IMG/VR virus record: IMGVR_UViG_3300020414_000001
Location: 1 to 60,906 of that record
DNA from: a virus
Taxonomy: Duplodnaviria; Caudoviricetes
DNA: 60,906 nt
Direction: 5' to 3' (one strand)
Shown: positions 44,463 to 54,702 of the stretch, piece by piece
Layout of the letters: each line of letters starts with the position of its first letter
Numbering within the stretch: the stretch's first letter is position 1
Position numbers and translations under genes: made by a program
Notes under the pieces: generated by a model
Database searches by the model: none
Told to the model about the DNA's origin: nothing
Seen by the model: only the letters and a program-made list of their open reading frames with translations

Positions 44463-44944
44463 GCCAGATAAATGTAGATACAATAGCTAATGTAAGTGGA
44501 ACCAGTGCAATGGGTATCGATAGTAGTGGTAGAGTTACACAGCCACAATTAGTTGCATGGAATGTTTTTAGAAATGCAACAATGTCATCAAGTGGAGATG
44601 TAACTTACACTGGTTCACATTTAAATGTTGGGACTTGTGTAAATTTATCTACTGGAGTTTTTACTGCTCCAGTTACTGGTCATTATTATATCTCTTTTAT
44701 GTGTATAGGTGTTAGTGGTGCTAATAATGCTGATTTATTTCTATATCTAAATGGATCAAAGGATACAAGTGCAATATCGATGCGACCATCAAATCAAAAT
44801 GCAAATGAAGGCTATTCAACAAATAGCAGTGCTTCTTCTATTATTAGTTTAACTGCAAATGATGAAGTTAAATTTAATTCAACTGGAGCATTGTATAGTG
44901 ATGGTAATAACTGGACAAGATTCAGTGGATTTTTAGTAGGATAA
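44459..44944 (+). CDS. C1q-like fibre head protein
   Basis: SQINVDTI; STGVFTAPVTGHY; FSGFLVG. Confidence 0.8.
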   Translation: MSQINVDTIANVSGTSAMGIDSSGRVTQPQLVAWNVFRNATMSSSGDVTYTGSHLNVGTCVNLSTGVFTAPVTGHYYISFMCIGVSGANNADLFLYLNGSKDTSAISMRPSNQNANEGYSTNSSASSIISLTANDEVKFNSTGALYSDGNNWTRFSGFLVG

Positions 44945-44952
44945 AAAACAGT

Positions 44953-45468
44953 ATGAGTACATTAAAAGTAAATAACATAGACACTCAAACTGGCACAACT
45001 ATATCTGTTGCAAGTGGTAAGGTACTGACTCAACCCGGTTCAGTAATACAAGTAGTAAGGAAAACTACAGATCAAACTGGTCATGCTAGTTCAACATCAA
45101 GCTCTTATACAGATATTGCAAGTTCTTCTCTTTCAATAACTCCAAAATTTGCAAATAGCATGATTCGTTTTAGTTGTAGTATATATATGCACTGCCAAAC
45201 AAATAGTACTAGATTTAAGTGGACCATATTTAGAGATTCGACTGATTTATCTACACTTCATTCTTCCACATCATATGGAGAATATGGGTCAGGAGCAGAC
45301 ACTGCAACTAATACTTATGACTGTTGGACAAGAGTTGCAATTGATTTTCCAAATACCACAAGTGCTGTTGCGTACTCTGTTCAATTTGCTAGAACAGCAG
45401 GAAGTGGTGGTTTGTACGCTCATTCTAATGGGGTAAATGAGTTTATTCTTGAGGAGATAGCACAATGA
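44953..45468 (+). CDS. Fibre head protein, type A
   Basis: STLKVNNI; GSVIQVV; ITPKFANS; D.PNTTSAV.Y; LEEIA. Confidence 0.7.
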   Translation: MSTLKVNNIDTQTGTTISVASGKVLTQPGSVIQVVRKTTDQTGHASSTSSSYTDIASSSLSITPKFANSMIRFSCSIYMHCQTNSTRFKWTIFRDSTDLSTLHSSTSYGEYGSGADTATNTYDCWTRVAIDFPNTTSAVAYSVQFARTAGSGGLYAHSNGVNEFILEEIAQ

Positions 45469-45953
45469 CTTCTGAATTAAGAGTATCAACTATTGCAGCA
45501 GTGGGTGGAACCAGTGCCATGACGATTGATAGCACTGGCAGAGTTAACTTGCCACAATTAATTGCTTTTACTGCATATGCTAATAGTAATTCAAGTGTTA
45601 ATGTTTCAGTTGGCAGTAAAATCCCATATGATGTTACCACTATTAATAAAGGTAATGGTTACAATACTTCAACTTATGTTTTCACTGCACCAGTAGCAGG
45701 AGTATATTGGTTTTCTTATTCTGCTTGGTGTAATCAATCAGCCACAGGAAGAACTGGGTTTTATAAAAACGGCACTGCCTATGGAAGAAGCGATTACCCA
45801 ATAGGAACAAGACACAATGCAAGTAGTTATCAAAATGATAGTGCTAGTTCTGCAATAGAATTAGCTGCAAATGATACAGTAGATATTCGTGCTTATAGTA
45901 GTTCAGTTGATGTATTTGGAACAAACTATTTTAGTGGATATTTAATAGGATAA
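45465..45953 (+). CDS. C1q-like fibre head protein
   Basis: SELRVSTI; FTAPVAGVYWF; L.ANDTV; FSGYLIG. Confidence 0.8.
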   Translation: MTSELRVSTIAAVGGTSAMTIDSTGRVNLPQLIAFTAYANSNSSVNVSVGSKIPYDVTTINKGNGYNTSTYVFTAPVAGVYWFSYSAWCNQSATGRTGFYKNGTAYGRSDYPIGTRHNASSYQNDSASSAIELAANDTVDIRAYSSSVDVFGTNYFSGYLIG

Positions 45954-45963
45954 AGGAGTAAAC

Positions 45964-46368
45964 ATGGCATCAATATCAGAAGCACTTATTGCATTAGACA
46001 TAAAAGAATGGACAATGACTGGTGAGCCTACATCAGAAAAAGAGTTTAAAGCTCAATTTAAAAAGGTTATTGGAGTTGATTCTAACGGAACTGGAATATT
46101 AAGTTCAGATCCAAAAGATTTTGGAACAACATGGGCAAAAGTATCTGCCAAACAAAAGGAGTTAACAGATGCAGAGCCTATGGTAGAGCTTAGAAAGCAA
46201 AGAAATGATTTGTTAGCAGAGACTGATTTTTATGCTTTATCAGATGTGACGATGTCTGATGATATGAAAACATATAGACAAGCATTAAGAGATATAACTA
46301 AAGACGCAAAGCCTACATTAAAAGATGGAGTATTAGGTAATGTTACTTTTCCAAATAAGCCGAGTTAA
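45964..46368 (+). CDS. Tail fibre assembly chaperone
   Basis: LR.QRN.LL.ETD, YRQALRDI, FP.KP. Confidence 0.85.
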   Translation: MASISEALIALDIKEWTMTGEPTSEKEFKAQFKKVIGVDSNGTGILSSDPKDFGTTWAKVSAKQKELTDAEPMVELRKQRNDLLAETDFYALSDVTMSDDMKTYRQALRDITKDAKPTLKDGVLGNVTFPNKPS

Positions 46369-46370
46369 AA

Positions 46371-47468
46371 ATGTCTAAGGCAAGAGAAGTTGCAAAATTA
46401 GGCGAAGTAATGACCAATAGTCAGATTGGGGGTCGTAGAAACATTATAATTAATGGTGCTATGATTTGTAGCCAAAGAAGCTTGTCAACCACAACTGGTG
46501 TCAATGCAGGGTATCATACATTGGATAGATTTTTTACATCTGGGAATAGTGCTATTGGTCAATACACAATATCACAAAGCACAGATGCACCAAACGGATT
46601 TTCTAATAGTTACAAAATAGATGTTACCACAGCAGATACTTCTTTAGCAGCAGGTGACCATTTTGGAGTTTCTACTAATATTGAAGCAAAAAATTTATAT
46701 CAAATAGGCAAGGGAACAAGTGATGCTCAGCCTTTAACTTTGTCTTTTTATGTAAAGTCAAATGTGCAAAAACAATTTGTTGTAGAATTAACAGATAGTG
46801 GAAATTCAAGACACATTAACTTTCAAAAAACTGTGTCTGCTACAGACACATGGGAACGAATGATTATTAATATTCCTGCTGATACATCTGGCAGTTTTGG
46901 AACTGGAACTGCTAAAGGTTCAGAGTTAAATTTTTGGTTAGGTGCTGGAACTACATATACAAGTGGTAGCATTCAAAACACATGGGTAAGTAGAACTGCC
47001 GCGAATATAATGGCAGGTGTAGCTAATATTGCTGACAGTACAAGCAATGAGTTTTTTATAACTGGAGTACAATTAGAAGTAGGCTCTGTAGCCACACCAT
47101 TTGAGCATAGGTCATATGGGGATGAGCTTTATTTATGTCAACGATACTTTGAGGTTAGTGGTACAGGCTCTGATAATCCGAGTGGTTGGCATTTTAAAAA
47201 TATGTCTACTGAAACTTGTCATAGTAATGCGTTTGTTCCGGGGCAACAATATAAAGTTGAAAAAAGATCAAATGCAACAGTTGTTTTGTACAGTAGAAAC
47301 GGAACTTCGGGTAAAGTATCCTCCTTTAACACTGGATCAGATGAGGCAAATAGTCATGCAACAAATGTAGCAGGAAAAGTAGGATTTCATGCAGTTCAAA
47401 GAGATACTGGCACTTACACTACGGGACAAGGCTACGAGTATGGATATACAGCAGATGCAGAATTTTAG
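46371..47468 (+). CDS. Carbohydrate-binding-like tail fibre protein
   Basis: RN.IING.M, TLSFYVKS, ITGVQLEVG..ATPFEHR, CQRYF. Confidence 0.8.
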   Translation: MSKAREVAKLGEVMTNSQIGGRRNIIINGAMICSQRSLSTTTGVNAGYHTLDRFFTSGNSAIGQYTISQSTDAPNGFSNSYKIDVTTADTSLAAGDHFGVSTNIEAKNLYQIGKGTSDAQPLTLSFYVKSNVQKQFVVELTDSGNSRHINFQKTVSATDTWERMIINIPADTSGSFGTGTAKGSELNFWLGAGTTYTSGSIQNTWVSRTAANIMAGVANIADSTSNEFFITGVQLEVGSVATPFEHRSYGDELYLCQRYFEVSGTGSDNPSGWHFKNMSTETCHSNAFVPGQQYKVEKRSNATVVLYSRNGTSGKVSSFNTGSDEANSHATNVAGKVGFHAVQRDTGTYTTGQGYEYGYTADAEF

Positions 47469-47476
47469 AGGTTAGT

Positions 47477-47647
47477 ATGATAATAGAAAACGCAAAATAT
47501 ATACAATTTGATGGAAAAAATAGTGCTATAGTAGCAACTATAGATGGCTTGTATTCTTCAGTTCCGCTTGACCCAAATAACAGACACTATGCAGAAATAC
47601 TTAAACAAGTAGAAGCAGGAACACTAACCATCAAGGATGCTGAGTAA
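47477..47647 (+). CDS. Small tail-associated protein (56 aa, not in ORF track)
   Basis: VPLDPNNRHYAEIL...G.LTI.DA; GAGG RBS; stop overlaps the next ATG. Confidence 0.75.
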   Translation: MIIENAKYIQFDGKNSAIVATIDGLYSSVPLDPNNRHYAEILKQVEAGTLTIKDAE

Positions 47648-48123
47648 TGTTAGCTTTCTCTGCATTTGCTGAATCTCCTTTTTCTTCATTAGGGGGAACT
47701 GTTAGATTTGGTAGTACAACACAAGAAGCTATCTTTTCTAAAGTATCGGCAGGTGTAGGAACATTTACTGGAGAAGCTGATTTATCTGCTAATTTTGTAG
47801 TAAGCACGTTGGCTTTTGTCTTGCAGTCAAATGGTGCAACCTTTGAGTTTGCATTTACACAATCGGCAGATGGTGTTAAAATAAAACCGGGAGTTTCATC
47901 GCAAGATATAAACTTCACACAATCTGCTAATGGCATAAGAAAAGCTGTCGGTGTTGCTCCTGTTAGTGCAAATTTTGTACAAAGTGCAAATGGTGAAAAA
48001 TTATATGAAGAAATTATACCAGTAGACAATGAAACATATGCAACTATTACACCAAGCTCTGGTAATACTTGGACAGAAATTGTTCCTACAGGAACAGAAA
48101 CATATACAGAAATAGACGCGTGA
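47647..48123 (+). CDS. Putative tail structural protein
   Basis: MLAFSAFAESPFS start; internal F.QSA.G repeats. Confidence 0.65.
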   Translation: MLAFSAFAESPFSSLGGTVRFGSTTQEAIFSKVSAGVGTFTGEADLSANFVVSTLAFVLQSNGATFEFAFTQSADGVKIKPGVSSQDINFTQSANGIRKAVGVAPVSANFVQSANGEKLYEEIIPVDNETYATITPSSGNTWTEIVPTGTETYTEIDA

Positions 48124-48130
48124 GGATATT

Positions 48131-48757
48131 ATGGCATCAACATTTACAGTAAACACAGGAATAGAAAAAATAGGTTCTGGAGAACAGGCGGGTTCTTGGG
48201 GTGATACTACAAATATAAACTTTGATATTATAGATAGAGTTTTAAATGGTGTTTTTACAATAACTGTTACTGGTACAGTAAATTTAACAACAACTGATGG
48301 AGCTGCATCAGATGGACATTATAAAGTTATTGTTTTAGCCGGAACTCCGGGAAGTGGTTTTGATCTTAATATCATACCTAATGACATGCAAAAATGGTAT
48401 TTTATAAAAAATGGAACTGGGCAAACAGCAACAGTAAAACAAGGTGGTGGATCAGGTAGTACGGTTGCAATAGCAACAGGAACGTCAGCTATAGTTTTTG
48501 CAGATGGCACTGGTGCAAATGCTAATGTAAACAGCATACCAACAGATTTATTAGGTGACACAACTCCTCAACTTGGAGGGGACTTAGATACAAATGGTAA
48601 TGCAATATTGTTTGGTTCTAGCAAATGGGCTATATCACTAGATACTGGAGATAATGAATTACTGTTTAAGTATAATGGAACAACAGTATTTAAATTAGGG
48701 TCAAATGGTGCAGTGACATCAGCTAATAATGTAACAGCGTTTGGAACAAATTTATAA
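48131..48757 (+). CDS. Tail fibre proximal protein
   Basis: GEQAG.WG.TTN.N, DTTPQLGGDLD.NG, ends NVTAFG. Confidence 0.75.
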   Translation: MASTFTVNTGIEKIGSGEQAGSWGDTTNINFDIIDRVLNGVFTITVTGTVNLTTTDGAASDGHYKVIVLAGTPGSGFDLNIIPNDMQKWYFIKNGTGQTATVKQGGGSGSTVAIATGTSAIVFADGTGANANVNSIPTDLLGDTTPQLGGDLDTNGNAILFGSSKWAISLDTGDNELLFKYNGTTVFKLGSNGAVTSANNVTAFGTNL

Positions 48758-50166
48758 TGACATTACAGTCTAGTGGAGCAATATCATTATCAGATATAAG
48801 AGATGAGTATAATACAGGCTCTAATGCTCCAATTGTATTTAACGACTATTATAGAGGTGGCTCTCTAGTAAAAGCAAATGCTGTCAACAATACTTCAACA
48901 AATCTATCAGCAGATGTTCCAACAAGTGCCAACAACAACCCTTTATCTGTAGAAGATTTTTATGGTCAAGGAAAAGGGTTTAGAAGGACATTTAATGCCA
49001 CTGCTACAAATCAAACTGGAGCAACTATGTTTGGTGATGATTATACATTAGACTATCCAAAAGAAATAGTTGTAGATGCGAATGTTACAGTTGGCGCAAC
49101 AAGCACAAGTAATTCTGCAATACAAATTAGCTCAGGTCTTCAAGGAACAATATCTTTAACAAACAATGGAAGCATAGAGGGAGCCGGAGGCGCTGCAAGC
49201 ACCCAAGGGGGAACTGCCTTAACTTGCTCTTCTACTGTTACAGTTGTAAATAATGGAACAATAAAAGGTGGAGGCGGAGGCGGAGGCACTGGTGGTGCTG
49301 GAGGCAAAGGCGTATATACTGGATCTGCTACTTTTTCTAGCTTAGTCGATGAAGGAGGTGGAGGCACTGCAACTCCTCAAAATAATCAACCAACATGGAT
49401 GAACTCTATTTATACGAGTGCTGGAAACTTAGATGGTCAAGGCGTAGTAGCAGATAGACTATGGGGCGGTATTAATGCGCAGTTTAATCGTGGAATCAAT
49501 CCAGCACAATTTGACATAAATCATTCTGGCAGTGCAGGTGCTGGTTTTTCTGGAGCTTGTGCAAACAGAGGTCCAATTTATATTTCTGCACAAACTAATT
49601 TAACAGGTGTATATTCTGTTAGTGCTTCTATTAGCGCACAATATGGAAGTGGCTATGGAACTCCTACCATAAATGTAAGTACAAGTAATGTTACTTCTGG
49701 TACATCAATAAGTAATAGTGGAACTGTTGGCATAGCATCAGGCTCAACATATTATTTTACTGCTTATGGCTCAAGTTCTAATGGCCAAAGTTATTATTAC
49801 AATACTTTAAGTATGTCTGTTTCTGGATCACCATTGGTAACACAAAACGGCGCATCAGGTGGGGCAGGTGGCGTAGGCGAAGGTTATAATCAATCAGCAG
49901 GAGCAGGCGCAAGTGGTAGCTCTGGATCAAATAACGCAGGATCAGGAGGTACTGGTGGTACAGGAGGCGCTTTTGGTCAGGCTGGAAATGCTGGTGGCAC
50001 AGGTGATAACGGATCAGGCACAAGTGTAACTTATCCAGCTACAGCACCAACGAATGGATCGTCTGGCGCAAGTGGAGGTGCTGCTGGATTAGCTGTATCA
50101 GGTATGAGTAATGTAGCTGGAGGAAGTTTAGGTGGGTCTGGCACAACAGTTGGAGGCACAGCATAA
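48757..50166 (+). CDS. Gly-rich fibre-tip adhesin (T-even gp38-like)
   Basis: L.SSGAISL.DI..E start; N.G.I.GGGGGGG polyglycine blocks around a variable insert. Confidence 0.7.
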   Translation: MTLQSSGAISLSDIRDEYNTGSNAPIVFNDYYRGGSLVKANAVNNTSTNLSADVPTSANNNPLSVEDFYGQGKGFRRTFNATATNQTGATMFGDDYTLDYPKEIVVDANVTVGATSTSNSAIQISSGLQGTISLTNNGSIEGAGGAASTQGGTALTCSSTVTVVNNGTIKGGGGGGGTGGAGGKGVYTGSATFSSLVDEGGGGTATPQNNQPTWMNSIYTSAGNLDGQGVVADRLWGGINAQFNRGINPAQFDINHSGSAGAGFSGACANRGPIYISAQTNLTGVYSVSASISAQYGSGYGTPTINVSTSNVTSGTSISNSGTVGIASGSTYYFTAYGSSSNGQSYYYNTLSMSVSGSPLVTQNGASGGAGGVGEGYNQSAGAGASGSSGSNNAGSGGTGGTGGAFGQAGNAGGTGDNGSGTSVTYPATAPTNGSSGASGGAAGLAVSGMSNVAGGSLGGSGTTVGGTA

Positions 50167-52334
50167 TGCCGTTACAATCATTAAAATTTAATGCAGGAAT
50201 AAATAGAGAAATAACATCTTATTCTAATGAAGGCGGGTATTATGATGGAGATAAAATAAGATTTCGTTTTGGTTATCCAGAAAAGATAGGTGGTTGGGAA
50301 AAATACAGTCCTAACCAATACTTAGGTAGTGCTAGAAGATTACATAACTGGATAGCCTTAGATAGTTCTAACTATTTAGGAATAGGAACACATCTTAAAT
50401 ACTATATAGAAGAAGGCACAACTTTATCTGATATAACTCCTACAAGAAAAACATCAACTAATAGCATAACATTTTCTGCATCTACATCAGCCAATAATAC
50501 AAGTGCAGGAACAACAACAGTTACTGTCACAGATACGAGTCACGGTGCAGTTGAAAATGATTTTGTTACAATATCTGGAGCAGTTAGTTTAGGAGGCAAT
50601 ATAACAGCAGCTTTACTTAACACAGAACATCAAATTGTAAATGTTACTGACGCTAATACATACACAATAGTTATTGGAGTTTTAGCCACAGGATCAGATA
50701 GCGGCAATGGTGGCTCAGGAGTTGATGGTGTATACCAGATTAACGTAGGATTAGATGCAGTTGTTGGTGGTAAGGGATGGGGAGCAGGAGCTTGGAACGG
50801 AACTACTACAGGAGCTGTTCAAACAACTGTTAACGATAGTGGTGGCTCTCTTGGTATCTCAGATACAACTTTAACTGTTGCGGATTCAAGTCCAAGTGGA
50901 CATCAGATAGTTGCTACTGATGAGATATTAATTGGAAGTGAAATACTTACTGTAACAAATGTAAGCTCAAATGATTTATCAGTTGATAGAGCGCAAAAAG
51001 GCACAGATGCAGCCACACATACTAATGGAACTGTTGTTAAGTTAATTACAGGTAATGCCAGTACAGATAATGATTTTGTAGGATGGGGTCAAGAAGCCGC
51101 TATTACAGTTACAACTCAAATTAGACTTTGGTCACATGACAACTTTGGTGAAGATTTAATAATAAACGTAAAAGATGGTCAACTTTTTTATTGGGACAAA
51201 ACTGGAGGTACTGGAACAAGAGCGGTTGAATTAAGCACAGCATTGAGTTCTCAGAAAAGCGTTCCTACAGTTGCAAAACAAATATTAGTGTCTGATATTG
51301 ATAGACATGTTATAGCATTTGGATGTGATGGAATTAATACAGCAAACCCAAGTTCAGCTAACGGAGATGGTGTTCAAGATCCATTGCTTATTAGATTTAG
51401 CAGTCAAGAGAATCCTGTAGATTGGTTTCCAACAACCACTAATACAGCAGGAGATTTAAGATTAGGTGCAGGCTCAACATTTGTTCAAGCTGTTGAGACA
51501 AAAAGAGAGATATTAGTTTATACAGATAAATCTTTACATTCAATGCAGTTTATAGGTCCTCCCTTTACATTTGGTATATCGCAGCTTGCATCTAATATTA
51601 CAATTATGTCTTCAGCCTCAGCTATAGCTACAGAGGATGTTGTGTATTGGATGGGTATTGATAATTTTTATGTTCATGCAGGACAAACTGCACAGTTGCC
51701 ATGCACAGTAAAAGACAAAGTATTTTTAGATTTTAACCTAGCTCAAAAAGATAAAGTTATTGCTGGTATTAACTCTGAGTTTGGAGAAGTTATATGGTTT
51801 TATCCATCCGCAGGTTCTTCAGATAATGATAAATATGTTATATATAATTATAACGACAAGATATGGTATTATGGAACATTAGGCAGAACAGCATGGCTTG
51901 ATAGAGGTGTTAGAACATTTCCTCTGGCCACAGGTAATCAATTTATATATAATCATGAATTAGGATTTGATGATGATGGCAGTGCTATGACAGCGTTTAT
52001 AGAATCAGCTCCTATGGATATAGGTGATGGAGATAAATTTACTTTTATTAAAAGAATAATACCAGACCTAACTTTTGATGGATCTACCGCTTTAAGCTCA
52101 CCAAATGCCGTATTTACTATTAAAGCAAGAGATTTTCCCGGCGCCGCATACGATCAATCAGGCACAGGAACCGCTACAAGAACAGCCTCATCACCTGTAG
52201 AGCAGTTTACAAATAAGTTAGATTATAGAATTAGAGGTCGTTCTTTTGCAATAAAACTAGAATCTAATGCTTTAGGATGTAAATTTAAGATGGGAACCCC
52301 TAGAGTTGACATGAGAGAAGATGGAAGAAGATAA
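50166..52334 (+). CDS. Tail nozzle / DNA stabilisation protein (P22 gp10-like)
   Basis: PEKIGGW, WS.DNFGEDL, IRFS.QE, YWMG..NF; precedes ejection genes. Confidence 0.75.
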   Translation: MPLQSLKFNAGINREITSYSNEGGYYDGDKIRFRFGYPEKIGGWEKYSPNQYLGSARRLHNWIALDSSNYLGIGTHLKYYIEEGTTLSDITPTRKTSTNSITFSASTSANNTSAGTTTVTVTDTSHGAVENDFVTISGAVSLGGNITAALLNTEHQIVNVTDANTYTIVIGVLATGSDSGNGGSGVDGVYQINVGLDAVVGGKGWGAGAWNGTTTGAVQTTVNDSGGSLGISDTTLTVADSSPSGHQIVATDEILIGSEILTVTNVSSNDLSVDRAQKGTDAATHTNGTVVKLITGNASTDNDFVGWGQEAAITVTTQIRLWSHDNFGEDLIINVKDGQLFYWDKTGGTGTRAVELSTALSSQKSVPTVAKQILVSDIDRHVIAFGCDGINTANPSSANGDGVQDPLLIRFSSQENPVDWFPTTTNTAGDLRLGAGSTFVQAVETKREILVYTDKSLHSMQFIGPPFTFGISQLASNITIMSSASAIATEDVVYWMGIDNFYVHAGQTAQLPCTVKDKVFLDFNLAQKDKVIAGINSEFGEVIWFYPSAGSSDNDKYVIYNYNDKIWYYGTLGRTAWLDRGVRTFPLATGNQFIYNHELGFDDDGSAMTAFIESAPMDIGDGDKFTFIKRIIPDLTFDGSTALSSPNAVFTIKARDFPGAAYDQSGTGTATRTASSPVEQFTNKLDYRIRGRSFAIKLESNALGCKFKMGTPRVDMREDGRR

Positions 52335-52564
52335 TGGCACAAGTAAACACACCTGCACCAAGATTACCAGAACCACCAGAAACAATTGATAGAAGATACA
52401 TGGAAGATTTAATTAGAACTTTACAACTCTTTATAACTCAAGAGAGGAATCCCGGGGAAATGAGAGGCACTAAGCTTACTTTAACAGATTTGCCTACATC
52501 AGCTACAGGACTAGAAACAGGCGCTCTATACAACGATAGCGGCACAGTAAAGGTGGTTACATGA
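52334..52564 (+). CDS. Small tail protein
   Basis: LPTS..GL..G.LYND.GTVK. Confidence 0.65.
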   Translation: MAQVNTPAPRLPEPPETIDRRYMEDLIRTLQLFITQERNPGEMRGTKLTLTDLPTSATGLETGALYNDSGTVKVVT

Positions 52565-52755
52565 AACCAGCTTTTGTTTTGTTATGTTATTTGGCAGGTA
52601 ACCCAGCGGGACAATTGCACATGTCTAACGTAAATAATTGTACATATTTCAAGGATAGATTAGCCAATCAAACTGTTAAAATTGGTGAGCAAACACAAAA
52701 ATATGATTGTTATTGCAAGTTAGTTAAGGTAAATAAACAAATGAGGTTGTGGTAA
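52561..52755 (+). CDS. Small Cys-containing hypothetical protein
   Basis: Packed ORF with overlapping start/stop. Confidence 0.6.
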   Translation: MKPAFVLLCYLAGNPAGQLHMSNVNNCTYFKDRLANQTVKIGEQTQKYDCYCKLVKVNKQMRLW

Positions 52756-53150
52756 TGATACAAGCACTTATTGGGCCAGCTACAAAGCTGTTAGGAAAAT
52801 TCATAGAAGACAAAGATACTAAGAATAAGATCGCTTTTGAGTTAAGCACTATGGCAGAGAAACATGCTCAACAACTTGCTCTTGCTCAGATAGAGCTAAA
52901 TAAAGCTGAAGCTCAGTCTGGCTCTTTATTTAAGGGCGGCTGGAGACCAGCAGTTGGCTGGACATGTGCGATTGCTTTTCTGTATCACTTTATTTTAAAA
53001 GATTTAATAATATTTGGTTGTGCAATGGCTGGTGTGACAATACCAGAACTGCCGAGTTTTGATATGGGTACACTTCTCACCGTTCTCGGCGGCATGCTAG
53101 GAATCGGAGGACTTAGAACCTATGAGAAGCAAAAAGGATTAACAAAGTGA
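52749..53150 (+). CDS. Holin (3TM GTA type)
   Basis: N.AEA, GWRPAVGW.C, GMLG.GGLRT.EK; next to lysozyme. Confidence 0.85.
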   Translation: MVMIQALIGPATKLLGKFIEDKDTKNKIAFELSTMAEKHAQQLALAQIELNKAEAQSGSLFKGGWRPAVGWTCAIAFLYHFILKDLIIFGCAMAGVTIPELPSFDMGTLLTVLGGMLGIGGLRTYEKQKGLTK

Positions 53151-53192
53151 TATGGGTTTATGTAGCAGAATATATAGCAAGGAGGCAAAAAT

Positions 53193-53639
53193 ATGAATAT
53201 AGATGTTTTGAGGGAAGAGATTGCCGCAGACGAGGGATGCGTCATGAAAATATACAAAGATCATCTTGGATACTTAACCTTTGGGATAGGGCATTTGGTA
53301 AAAAAGACAGACATAGAACACGGATTTGCTGTAGATACACCTGTTTCTAGAAGAAGAGTAAATACTGTTTTTGCAGAAGATATTAACTTATGTATGTCTG
53401 ATTGCAGAAGATGGATTGACAAGTTTGATACACTGCCAGAAGAGGTGCAACATATTTTATGCAACATGATGTTTAATATGGGGTATACAAGAATGAGTAA
53501 ATTTCGTAAACTAAAGGCAAATATAGAGAAAAAGAACTGGTCTGGCGCAAGCGAAGAGATGAAATCAAGCAAGTGGTATACTCAAGTAACCAATAGAGCA
53601 GAGAGATTAGTTCAAAGAATGAAAGCAGTAGGAGCATAA
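53193..53639 (+). CDS. T4-type lysozyme (GH24) endolysin
   Basis: EG....YKD..G..T.GIGH catalytic E/D/T; NM.FNMG; S.WY.QV.NRA. Confidence 0.92.
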   Translation: MNIDVLREEIAADEGCVMKIYKDHLGYLTFGIGHLVKKTDIEHGFAVDTPVSRRRVNTVFAEDINLCMSDCRRWIDKFDTLPEEVQHILCNMMFNMGYTRMSKFRKLKANIEKKNWSGASEEMKSSKWYTQVTNRAERLVQRMKAVGA

Positions 53640-53640
53640 A

Positions 53641-54702
53641 ATGTTACCAGCAATTCTAGGTTATGCGGCATCAGCATTAGCCCCCACAATAGGAATGAAT
53701 GCAGTATTAGCGAGTGCTATTGGTAGTGGAATAGGTTCGTTATTACAAGGGGGAACAACAGAAGATGCTTTGGGTGCAGCTGCATTAGGTGGATTAGGTG
53801 CTGGTATAGGACAGTCATTAGGAGGCACATCATCTGCAATGGGTAGCGATCCTAGTGTTTTTGCAGGTACAAATGCATCAACTCAATTAGGTTCAGCTGG
53901 GCCAATGTCTGTTCCTAATGCATCATTAACAAGTAATATGTCAACCCCAGCATTAGGAGGTAACTTATCAGCAGGTCCTTTAGGAGGTAATGTTGCAGCA
54001 GGGCCAAGTTTAACTAACCCAGACTTTAGTTTAGCTAATTTATCAAGTAAGGCTGCTCTTGGCGCAGGACTAGGCGCATCTCTTGCCCCTCCACCAATGA
54101 TGAAAAAAGAAGAAGATGATTTTGTTGCTCCTAGAGGAGCGCCTATAAGCGGTAAGATAAACAGACCTATGGATGATTATAGGCCCGGATTTGATTCAGA
54201 GTTTGATTATGGATTTCTTCCAAACTTTCAAGAAGGTGGATTAGTTAATTTAGGTGACTCTATGATGCCTGAAGGTGAGATGAATGACAAAGAATTAATT
54301 AATGCAGCAGTAGATGCTATTAAAGGTGAGTCTGAAAACGCAGAAATGATACTAGGTCAGTTCTTAGCAAAGTTTGGAGAAGATGCCTTAAGAGATTTAG
54401 TAGATAAAGTTCAATCAGGTGTTTTTGATGAGAATACAGGAGAAGCAGATGGCATGGTCAAAGGCATGGGTGATGGCATGGATGATATGATACCAGCATC
54501 TATGACAGATTCTGACCAAGATGTACTGCTAAGTGATGGTGAGTTTGTGGTTCCAGCAGATGTTGTTAGTGGTTTAGGTAATGGCTCTTCCGATGCTGGG
54601 GCAGATAAGCTTGAAGATATGATGGATAGAGTTAGAGAGTTACGAACTGGTGGAAAGACTCAACCACCAGATATACCAGATGAAATGATGTTGCCTGCAT
54701 GA
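53641..54702 (+). CDS. Internal virion/ejection protein
   Basis: G/A-rich hydrophobic N-terminus; G.GDG..D.IPA, LSDGEFVVPADVV. Confidence 0.7.
   Translation: MLPAILGYAASALAPTIGMNAVLASAIGSGIGSLLQGGTTEDALGAAALGGLGAGIGQSLGGTSSAMGSDPSVFAGTNASTQLGSAGPMSVPNASLTSNMSTPALGGNLSAGPLGGNVAAGPSLTNPDFSLANLSSKAALGAGLGASLAPPPMMKKEEDDFVAPRGAPISGKINRPMDDYRPGFDSEFDYGFLPNFQEGGLVNLGDSMMPEGEMNDKELINAAVDAIKGESENAEMILGQFLAKFGEDALRDLVDKVQSGVFDENTGEADGMVKGMGDGMDDMIPASMTDSDQDVLLSDGEFVVPADVVSGLGNGSSDAGADKLEDMMDRVRELRTGGKTQPPDIPDEMMLPA

Noticed and set aside
40498-47468. Diversity-generating retroelement or invertase shufflon behind the head array
   Set aside because: No reverse transcriptase, no TR/VR pair, no recombinase; all genes are intact and co-oriented.
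53147-53350. ORF overlapping lysozyme as a spanin
   Set aside because: No lipobox or TM pattern; the lysozyme has its own AGGAGG RBS.
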